A stretch of 64,000 nucleotides of DNA, taken from assembly GCA_051294905.1 (NCBI GenBank), contig CM119378.1, forward strand, positions 2,358,001-2,422,000, given 5' to 3'. The translations under genes and the position numbers were made by a program. Of the stretch, positions 12,820 through 22,546 are shown piece by piece (position 1 is the first letter of the stretch; each line of letters starts with the position of its first letter). The DNA is from Botryllus schlosseri. Lineage: Eukaryota. The notes under the pieces are model-generated. The model had not been told where the DNA came from and did no database searches. It saw only the letters and a list, made by a program, of their open reading frames with translations.

Positions 12820-14424
12820 ATGACTCACCTGCCGTCAAGGGACGTTTACAAATTCAATGACAGTTTTGACAAAAAGTATATATTCATTGAGTTTGCGCGG
12901 GGAATGTTGAACTTGAAAGAGTGCGAAATCAACACAGTACTGGATGACTATAGAGACAGCAGAGAACAAAAATATCAAATCATTATGCTGTGGAAAAGTA
13001 AAACAGGACGCGTAGCTACTATTGAAAGATTGCATGATCTCAAAAGAGAATTTGATGAAGACAATGATGGGGACAATCAGGAGTCTGGAAGTGAATCACT
13101 ACTTCGAAACTCGAGTACACCTTCCAATCTTTCGAGCAATCCAATGTTCGATTCATCCAGACAAGAGGTGGCAGCAGCCCATATACATCTCAATGAAGAG
13201 TCTTTACATGAATCACCTGAAATGACTTATCTAGACACAAGCCATTTGGCTGCGCAAACCAGGAAGGAAGACCACAACACCGATGATTTGTCAAGACCAC
13301 GGATGCCACAAGTGCCAATTCACTTACAAAGACACAATAACAACAGGCCTAGGCAACAACCACCTACGCAAACTCTCCCACCTCAAACAAGTTACATTCC
13401 TGTTGATGAACAGGGATTAAATGGAGCTACAAAAGCATTCAAAGTTGTCGACATTCTTGAAGTACAACCCATGTCGGTTATTACAGATGTTTTGAATGAA
13501 AAATTACTCAATCAAATGTTAAATGACGACACCGATTCGAGATCGAGTGACGTTACCTTCTGTGACGAGATCAAAACACTGGATGTAGAAAAATGCAGCA
13601 AAGATGACATTGCTAGAATATTAAATACGGAAAATGTCTATGAAATAAAGAACAACCCAAAAGGATATGTGCTTATCATCAATAACAACTTTGAAGGAAC
13701 GGAGTGGAAACGAACAGGGGCTAAAGTAGACGTCGCGAATATGTATGAGTTGTGGCGAGGCTTGGACTGTTCTGTTACCGTAAAAGAAGATTGTACGGCC
13801 CAGAAAATTGATCAGTTATTAGACAAGGTGACCCAATCAAAAAATATATGCAAGTATGACATTTTTGTTTTGTTTCTCATGTCATATGGAGCAATTTTGA
13901 ATGGACAAGAGTATTTCATAGGAAGTGATGGAAAAGGTTTACAAGTCTACCGTATATTGGAGAAATTTAACAATTCCCGATCTAGGCATCTCATCGGGAA
14001 ACCAAAATTGTTCTTCTTTCAATTTGGTAGAGGAAAAAATGTAGATGAAAGAGTCTCAACTTCTGAATTTCGATCTACTAGCACATGGAATTGTGATCAT
14101 GATTTTGAGCCCGTTGATGGAGACCAAGATCACACAATACATACTGTAAGATCAGATATGCTGATATCTTATCCAAGTCAGTCGGGAGAGTATGCTTATC
14201 GAGGAGTGAACGGAAGTTGGTATATATTTGCAATAGCCAAAGTATTTGCAAGATATGCGAAAGAAGAACATGTCACAGAGCTGATGATGCGGGTACGAAA
14301 CGCAGTGATGGCGAAAACCGCTAGAATAAATCCCGAAAATGCAAACATACGATGTAAGCAGATGAGCGAAAGCAGGGACATGCTCTCCAAGAGGCTGTAT
14401 TTAATGCCTGGATACCCAAAGTAA
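12820..14424 (+). CDS. Death domain + catalytically inactive caspase (pseudo-caspase); stand-alone 534-aa ORF and probable exon 1 (12820-14420) of fusion gene A
   Basis: Close paralogue of 3031-4635 with intact ORF, but MSHGG>MSYGA (TAT 13885-13887) and QFCRG>QFGRG (GGT 14026-14028). Ends AA|GTAAGA, a phase-2 donor. Confidence 0.9.
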   Translation: MTHLPSRDVYKFNDSFDKKYIFIEFARGMLNLKECEINTVLDDYRDSREQKYQIIMLWKSKTGRVATIERLHDLKREFDEDNDGDNQESGSESLLRNSSTPSNLSSNPMFDSSRQEVAAAHIHLNEESLHESPEMTYLDTSHLAAQTRKEDHNTDDLSRPRMPQVPIHLQRHNNNRPRQQPPTQTLPPQTSYIPVDEQGLNGATKAFKVVDILEVQPMSVITDVLNEKLLNQMLNDDTDSRSSDVTFCDEIKTLDVEKCSKDDIARILNTENVYEIKNNPKGYVLIINNNFEGTEWKRTGAKVDVANMYELWRGLDCSVTVKEDCTAQKIDQLLDKVTQSKNICKYDIFVLFLMSYGAILNGQEYFIGSDGKGLQVYRILEKFNNSRSRHLIGKPKLFFFQFGRGKNVDERVSTSEFRSTSTWNCDHDFEPVDGDQDHTIHTVRSDMLISYPSQSGEYAYRGVNGSWYIFAIAKVFARYAKEEHVTELMMRVRNAVMAKTARINPENANIRCKQMSESRDMLSKRLYLMPGYPK

Positions 14425-14759
14425 GACCAGCTGTAAATACGCCTATTTACTATTTTTATTTATTTATCATGAAGGAATTTATGCATTACATACAAAATGC
14501 AGAGGTTTTTAATGTAGTCATAGTATTTTAGGCATACTTTGCCTAAAAATCTGTAAACTCTGAAATAGAAGTAGTCCAAAATCATAAACCATTGAGTAGG
14601 TAATGCAAGTTGGCAAAATTGGCTCCCCAAGATTAGAAGTACCTCGTTACTGATCCCTTCAGACAACATAATGTTAGAAGTATTATCATCAAAATCCAAT
14701 TATTTACTTCTTGACAAGATTTGAGTAGAGCAGCAGTCATCGGCGAATGGGGGTATTCG

Positions 14760-14997
14760 GTTTCGTCTGCACCATCGAGGTGCTTTTGACGACGGAGATG
14801 CGATATGACCGTATGGTCATCTAGTCAGCACCCCCCCCCCTTTTTTTTCTCCTCCATGCTATCTGTAGATGCTGAGCGCCTAGCAGGATAGCGGCGGATG
14901 CCAGTTTTCGAGTCTTTGGTCTGACCCGGCCAGGGATCGAACCCAAGACCTGCCGATCAAGTAGCCGGACGCATAACCATCACACGATCTTGCTCGA
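14760..14997 (-). mobile_element. tRNA-derived SINE copy
   Basis: Same family as 1983-2241 and 54813-55080 over its length. Confidence 0.8.
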
Positions 14998-15484
14998 AGC
15001 GAGCGGGATCAAAGAAGCCATGTTTCCACGGCCTATAATTTTCGACAATTTTTGTAAAATTAACTTGAGTATTTTTGAACGGATGTATTAAAGTTGAATC
15101 TTGGTGCGATATATAGTCTCAGCTCAGTATCAGTGTCTAATTGATTGGTTCCCTCTTCCTAGGAATAAATAAAATGAGCCTAAATAAAAATATGCATGAT
15201 GTACAGAATTGAATATAGGTCAACTGTATAGGTTACATATGGGCTTCATGCGGTTGCGGAACAAAGTGCAATCCCAGGAATAGAACCTTTGCCGGAGGAT
15301 TGTGCCGAATGGATCTGTCAATCGGAGTTCCTTGGTACAGAGGCAAATACTGACCCCCCTGAATAAATGTGAATTTGGAGAGTAATTTCTCTTTTAGTTT
15401 GTGCGAGCGACACCATAGCTTTTGTGTGGTGACAATCGTTACCAGTGGTCATAAAATAACAGCATGCTTCTACAGGGTAATTAA

Positions 15485-16415
15485 CCCTTACGAGGTGGGC
15501 GTATCATATTTGATATGGCATGTCTCCGACACCGATTTCTCCATGTTGACACGCCCTAGACATCGGGTTATACGTTTTTTGAAAAGCTGAGACTTTTCCG
15601 ATGTATTTGGTACCTTACTCAAAAATTTTGGTTTGTAAAAATAAACAAAAAATAAAAAATTAAATAAAATATGGTTATCACCTAAAACTTCCGGGTATTT
15701 TCCGAGTGGGAAATATTGTCGGAAAATCTTCCAGAACATCAGAAGTCAACATGTACGGTTTTCTGTGTAAATTTTCACCGTTTCAAACATCAAAACGTTT
15801 TCTGGAAAGTTTTCTGAGGGGGATTTGTAAATTTTGGTCACACTTCAGTGATTTTCAAGATCTAGGTCAAGTTCAAGTGCAAATGCAGTCGGCATATGAG
15901 TCATACTATGCCTGCAAATGGTTGGATATGACAAAAGAAAGCATATCGCGTTGTTTTATGCCATAAACTGGACTGTAGGGGCCGATTGAGTCTTGATCAT
16001 GAACTTGACCTTGACCACTCACTGACCACGCCCATTTGTAAATTTTATATGTATTTTCCATTTTTCGATATCTGACGAACCGCGCGGTTTACAACCATGG
16101 TTGACGGCTTGTTTGAAACCAGGCAACAGTGGCTACGCACTGAAGCATCACATTCCTCTCTCTGACGCCATCCTGAGGGTCAGCCCTGAAAATTGAGAGA
16201 GAGAGAGATTTTTTGGGGGGAAAAGCTTGTTTATTTAAACTTATTACAAAACCTCAGACATGTCATGGGGTGTCGATCAAGGGTGGAATCGGTAGAGGGC
16301 TATACTCCGCCCACTTGTAAACCGGAACGGCCCAGATTCAAGACCTGGTGGGGTCACGGTGAGAATTTGAAAATTGAAGGTCAATTCTGCAAAATATGGC
16401 CCCACCTCGTAAGGG
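15485..16415. mobile_element. Non-autonomous piggyBac-type element
   Basis: Perfect 15-bp TIRs CCCTTACGAGGTGGG / CCCACCTCGTAAGGG flanked by TTAA on both sides. Confidence 0.9.
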
Positions 16416-16839
16416 TTAATGACCATTTGCCCGCCCGATGCTCACCTGTGAGAAACTCTTGAACAGTCTTACACTGTGTCTTGTAGCTAATGTGCCAAGA
16501 TTTGCCAATGTACACTGTACAGTCGTAAAATAAAGAGTTGTTGTCTCAATTGCATGAAATGTATAACTTTCATTTTACTCAAATCCGTATCCCTTCCCAA
16601 GTGATTTTCACGGGATTATGATTGCGGTAAGCACATTTTGCAATGCTCTACTCGATTCATATATTGATGGATGTTATTTTCAAAGTTTCAGCCCCACAGT
16701 TCAGTCACAGAATTTCAGCAATCATCATTATTACTTCCCAACCACAGAATATCCCCCAAAACATACATATCCATGATATTTCAACATATCATCAACCAAT
16801 CAATGTCTAAATATAAATTGTTTTCGTAATTATTTTCAG

Positions 16840-16877
16840 AGATGGAAAAAGTGGTAACAAGCTTCGTGTAGCACACA
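16840..16877 (+). CDS. Gene A micro-exon (38 nt; DGKSGNKLRVAH), start of ZU5 domain
   Basis: tattttcag acceptor and GTAAGT donor; phase 2 in, phase 1 out; same length and phases as the paralogue at 33869-33906. Confidence 0.75.
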
Positions 16878-16944
16878 GTAAGTATAATGAATCGTTCAAT
16901 GACAGCAATTGCAGATTGATGACCTTCTACATAAAATATTTCAG

Positions 16945-17733
16945 TCATAACAAGCCATGGAGGACAGATATCAACAAAAGATGCAAGTGTCAGACTGTTG
17001 GAAGGATCTGTAAAAAGTGAAACATTGATGGAATTGGAGACATATGTTCCGAAAGACATAAGGGTGGAACCATGGTTCAGAGTATCCCCAATTTTAAAAT
17101 TTTCGCCATGTCTTGAACTATCCGTTCCTGCGCAAGTTATATTGAATACTTGGGTGATAAAAAAAGGGACAACTATAGCGCACGCCCAGGTATATTGCAG
17201 AAAATCGTATGAATGCAAATGGGAGTTGAATCAGAGAGTGATTATATCTGGAAATGGAAAAGCAACATTTGAAACTGATAGATTTTGTGAATACGCAATT
17301 TTCATCAGGACACGCATTGACTGGTATTTTAATGTGAAACCTTACCTCTTTGCAAATCTGGATACTAAAGTGCTTACAAATCGATTGGTACTGAACTGCT
17401 CAACATGCAGGTATTCATTGAAGAATGAGATGCGTGAAAAAAAATGGATTCAAGTTTGTTCTCAAGACCAGAGCTTGGCAACTCAAATCGATGATGTGGT
17501 GAAGGTTGGAATTTCAGACATCAAAGATAAAGATGGAAAAGAACTCAGATCTTCATCATCTAAATCTGATAAAATTGATACGATCTTTCTACGTAAAGGA
17601 GACCATTCAACTCAAGATTTCAGGCTTCCTGTGAACGTGGAAGGCATCGTTGAATTCGATCATGACATAGTTCTTTTCAGACAAGGAGAAGTAACAGTCC
17701 GTAGAAAGCATGAAAAGGAGCGTGTGAACTTCG
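16945..17733 (+). CDS. Gene A exon: ZU5 + UPA-like domains
   Basis: atatttcag acceptor. IITSHGGQIS.....V.L..G.V......VSPILKFSP..L.VP..V is ZU5-like, followed by FETDRFCEY and a beta-rich UPA-like region. Donor G|GTATGT at 17734 is conserved in the paralogue. Confidence 0.8.
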
Positions 17734-17892
17734 GTATGTACTGCTAGAATTAAGTTAGGAAAATATTAGCATACCATGACTGTCTCAGTGACAAAAAGTG
17801 TACTGTCAAGCTAAAAAATACCCGATTATAAATATTGTCTAATTTTCATGATTACCACAACAGAATGTGGCAGTCTCTCGATGGGGTCGAGG

Positions 17893-19238
17893 CAGGGTTG
17901 TAATAACTCTACTCGAGAATTTCTGGTGACTCGACTTGAGTCATATTTTCAGATGTATAAAATGACTCGACTCGAGTCAATTTGTGTATTGACTCGACTT
18001 GCAGTCCAGTCATGACTCGAGACTAGGATGGCCGAGACAAAACATTTCATTGTAACTTCGAAGAATAGTAAAGTTACCATATTATTGGGATTTTGTCTAT
18101 CAGTCCTGATACTTGGCAAATAGGCCAGAAACTGTTGGGACTGAAAAAATTGATCTGTTATGAATACGAGCCATTCTATATCACTTGAGCAGGGTTGAAA
18201 AAAGTGGGTTGAACGGGATTGAACTCAAAACTGAACAGTGAACACTATGACTCGGACTCCACCTTGTCAACCTTTTTGTCTTTGCGGACCCCTTTTGGAC
18301 CGTGACGGACCCCCTCAAGTTTTAGTTCAATTATCGTGCAAGCGTCAGCTGTCTTGTGCAAATGATAACTGTAGGGTTAGTGATAACCAGCAACAAATAA
18401 ACTTTTCTTGAAAATAATACCATGCTATTCATGTAAAAATTACGTTGACCTATGCAAATATCAGCTCAAGGCTAGTGATAAACAGCAACGAAATGACCGT
18501 TCTTGAAGATAATATCATACTATATGTAGGAATATGGGTGAACTTTTATTATTTCGTAGGGACTTCTGAAGCTGAATTACTTGTTTCTTGAAATATGTCT
18601 TGAAAATTCCCTGTCTCGAAAATTCACGTGTTCGATTGAACATGAATGAGTGCCGAAAATCACGGAATATGTTTCGAGTCGAGTAATCGAGTATCACTCA
18701 TTATGATGTCATAACAAATGTAATATGTCAAGTTCAAATGCGTACGTTTTAAGCGACCACAGAGAATACAATGCCTGTTATCCATCACATTAAAGATACT
18801 TTGGTATTTCTTCGACCATTCCGATTTTATTGCACTTCTTGACAATGTTGTGGAATGATCATGACTTCAGAAATATGCTACGTCCAGTAACCTTCGTAGC
18901 TTTGCACCATATGTCTCGTATGCTACGATACAGCCAATCAAGGTGTCAACGCTGAACAGTGATAATTAGTATCGAAACTATAATTCTCCTTGATAAATTA
19001 ACTTTCAGTGGTGAGGAGCGTATAATTTAAGTACTGGAAAAAATCATCTTTACAACTCGACTCGAATCATTAAAATTAATACTCAAATCATTTTGCCCAC
19101 CCCTTGTTGTAACCAAGTCACGAGTTTCCGAGTCACAAGTCAATCTCACATTTATAGTTTTGACTCGAGTCAATTTTCAAAACTATAAAAGTATAATTTA
19201 TTTGTGACTCGGAAACTTGTGACCTGGTTACAGTTCTG
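17893..19238. mobile_element. Composite non-autonomous hAT element with GACTCGAG subterminal repeats and nested inserts
   Basis: Starts CAGGGTTGTAA, ends TTACAGTTCTG; TSD ggtcgagg/ggttgagg. The paralogous intron near 34878 has a single ggtcaagg empty site. Confidence 0.7.
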
Positions 19239-19446
19239 GGTTGAGGAATTGGAAATTGACAATTCCAACTCCTGGAACTAAATAATCACGAAAAATAATG
19301 ATTTAGTGGTAAAAATTATGACATGATTCTAAATTTAAACTGGTTGTCAGAACATTCTCAACTTCTATTCAAACTCAATCAATGAATAGAAACTTCCATT
19401 ATGGTGATTTTTTCAGGTATTTCAGAGTTGATTTATTTATTTTTAG

Positions 19447-20621
19447 ATCAAAATAATACAGAAGTACTGATCAACATCAACGCTGAAATTGTTTATACAG
19501 GTTCGGGAAATGTGTTCGCAACCAACACTGATATGAATGTGGATTCCGTTAGCTCCTCCGAGTCGGATCACATAAGTTCATCTGAATCGATTCGTAGTCG
19601 AAAAAAATCCAAAAGAAATCCAATCAAAAAGTTTACTGCCTGGGCTATGGGACGAAATTCTAAATCGAAGAAAGCAGAACCCAAATCTTTTACACAAGAC
19701 ACCAAATCCATCGACTATTGCACGACTGTTCATAGGGATGAGTTGGATACTATTACTGAAGAAGATTTGCATAAGGTTCTTGGAATTACGAATCGTTACG
19801 AAACCGAAAAGCACAACGGTTGTGCGTTGATTATTAACAATTCCTTTCCGACTGATAAGGATTTGAAACGACAGGGATCAGAGAAGGATGTCACGCATAT
19901 GGAGACGTTATGGAAACAACTAGGATGTGATATCTTCAACAATGAACCGTACAAAGAACAAACAGCTAATCAGATGCGGCAAATCTTGAAAGATATGTCA
20001 AATCCAAAGAAAGAATACAGTTACATTGTAATAGTGATTATGAGCCATGGCGGACTAGTTGGAGATAAAGTGTGTTTCATGGGTGATGATGAAAATATGG
20101 TATATGTGGATGAAATCGAGAAAGCATTTAGCAACGTATATGCACCTAGATTACGGAATATTCCAAAACTTTTTATTCTGCAATTCTGCTGTGGGGGTGA
20201 AAAAGATCGTGGTGTTAATTTCGATAATGCAATTAAACGAATTTCAAAAATTCAGTCACCTACTCAAAATGATTGCGTACACCTTGATGGTCCAATAATA
20301 CCCACCTACAGTGACATGCTTTTTGCGTATTCGACACACAAGGGATACGGAGCGATCCGTGACAAAGATTATGGCTCATGGTTCATCACAGCGCTGACTA
20401 ATGTATTCATGGAGTTTTCAAGATGCGAAAGTGTCAGTGAAATGCTCTTGCGGGTCAATGATGCCATGAAACATAAATCCGGTAGATACAAGGAAAAGGA
20501 TGGAGAAATGGATGAAATAACTGGAAAGGTTGTTTCCTATAATATCTGTGCTATGAGCTATTCACGCAACTGCTTCACCAAAAAGCTATTTCTGCTCCCT
20601 GGATATCACAGAAAGAAATAA
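19447..20621 (+). CDS. Gene A terminal exon: short N/G-rich motif + caspase domain with intact dyad (caspase 3 of cluster)
   Basis: Acceptor tttatttttag|AT is phase 1, matching the 17734 donor. Motifs: GCALIINN, RQGSEKD, MSHGG (His 20046), IPKLFILQFCCG (Cys 20187), SDMLFAYST, AIR...GSWFI. No death domain; the ORF-track N-terminus is polypyrimidine tract. Confidence 0.88.
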
Positions 20622-21127
20622 GGGAGGATGTATTTAGCCAGATGAGAGTGTTGATGATCAAGAAGCGATTTTTTTCAAATATATTGGCTTTTTAATTACA
20701 TTAACTATTATGCTCAGTGGACAATTTATTCATATGAAGTGGAATGGATTCCAATATCATGGTTAATGGACATTTTACACGTATAAGTGGAATGAATTTC
20801 TATTATCTGCCGAATCCCTATCATATTCTCAATATTTTTCGTTTTCTGTTGCCTTCAATTTTTAAAACAACTATATAACTTAGAAAATTATGTGAATTGT
20901 TAGATTTTTACTGATGCATCGATTTTTACCTGATTCGAAATACTTTTTGAATCATTTACATTTTAAAATACACTTCTCCTCCGTGATATTATTTTCCGAC
21001 GTTGACGTTCTTGCCTTCTTGTGGTAATAGACATCTTCAGCGTAAGTAAGTAAAAAATTGCTATTCTTGGCCTAGTTCAACCTCAAAAATGGAAACTCGG
21101 CAATGGGCTGAAATCACAACCCATTAA

Positions 21128-22546
21128 CCCTACTCACGCGGTCGGCCGCCAGGCCAAATTTTAATGCATCAACCAAAATGTTCATAAAATGCGAACGACG
21201 GGACTTGAACCGACGCCCAATGTATCGCCGTGATCAGAAAATAGCCGCCTAACCAACTGAGCTACCCGGAAGGCTCGGTCGAGAGAGGTGACGGTGATAT
21301 TCGAACAAGTCTACGCGATTTCTCAGAAGTAAACGAGAAATTTGTTTTTCGTTTCCACCTGACGTGATACATAATCCTTTCCATAGTGAATGTCCACATG
21401 GTTATCTTACATATCGATTTCGGCATTCAAACAAGACATTACAGAGCTTGATAACTTCACGCAATCGCGCGCACGGGACTGGAAGGTTTTTGTTATAAGC
21501 ATGATTCACGGCCGCCGTCGATTACGTCATCGTGGTAGAGACTACGCGCCTTGTAATTCACGTTTATTCGGCTTTGCCTGGTCTAGTTATATAAGTCAAA
21601 ATCCATGTTACTGATCTCATAGATACTATTGATCGTACATAACTAACAAAATGTGCAATTTGTGACTGCACAAGGCCATCGTAAGTAAATATATTGCTTT
21701 GTTTGACACTTCTCATCGGTGCGCGATTTCTCTTGTTGCTTCATTTCATATCAATTTGAAACATGTTCTACACATCGATTGTCCGATACAGGTTCGTCAG
21801 TATATGGGCATATGATCAACACCTATTCATTGAAGTCTACTGTAACTTCTTATAACATCTAAAACGGATGATTCAACTGTCTGTATGGTGTTGTTATTAC
21901 AGGCGCAAGTACCGTATACTCGCGTAACTTACACACCCATTTCTACAGTGTTTAGCACTGGCGTCGGGAACTCATATAAGACCAAACTCCGTGATACTGA
22001 TCGTGTTGAAGTGTTATGGACTGCATCTAACTTTGTGTGTGACATTCAACAGTATTAGGCAATCGTAAGTGAATGTATATGACCTTATGCGGCAATGCTC
22101 ACACGTGCACGGCATTTTTCACGTAACAGAATATTGCTTCATTTCACACCAATTTGAAGCGTGTTCTATCCAACTAATTTCCGTTATTATGGTTTCAATG
22201 AACTCTTGCGATCAACAACTACTCTAAAACGACAAATGTGTCTGCTTACGACCGTGTAGAACGAAAGATAAAAGCGATTATATGAGCAGCGTTCATTCAG
22301 GCGAACTGAGCTACAGATTGTATTTTGTGGGAAACGTTTTTCTGTGTTCAATATGCATTCTGAACAGGTTTTGCGATAAGTCAATGGAATATATGTAGCT
22401 CATCGTATGCGTATTGACAATATCTATTTATAGACGATAACTGTAACCGTTTATGACCACTACAACGCAAGATGTCGTTAGTTGATTGAAGCGTGTTTGT
22501 GAAAAACTGTGCATGGATCCTATAGGATCCACCCGCGGCAAAAGGG
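21128..22546. mobile_element. piggyBac-like non-autonomous element
   Basis: TTAA|CCCT...AGGG|TTAA with imperfect TIRs (ccctactcacgcgg vs cccttttgccgcgg). The paralogous site near 4912 has a single TTAA. Confidence 0.75.
21191..21272 (-). pseudogene. tRNA-derived sequence (A and B boxes) inside the piggyBac-like element
   Basis: Minus strand reads GGTAGCTCAGTTGGTTAG...GGTTCAAGTCC, but the acceptor stem does not pair, so it is not called a functional tRNA. Confidence 0.6.

Noticed and set aside
16618..16633. ATGATTGCG|GTAAGC as the first coding exon of the ZU5 gene A
   Set aside because: Phase 0 does not fit the phase-2 micro-exon, and the GT is absent in the paralogue (gcgataagc).
19401..19446. 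ATG at 19401 as start of a stand-alone prodomain-less caspase
   Set aside because: The first 15 codons are a T-rich acceptor tract conserved with gene B's intron end, and the phase matches the ZU5 exon donor. An independent short isoform cannot be fully excluded.
21191..21272. Functional tRNA gene
   Set aside because: A and B boxes are present, but the acceptor stem does not pair and it lies within a transposon.
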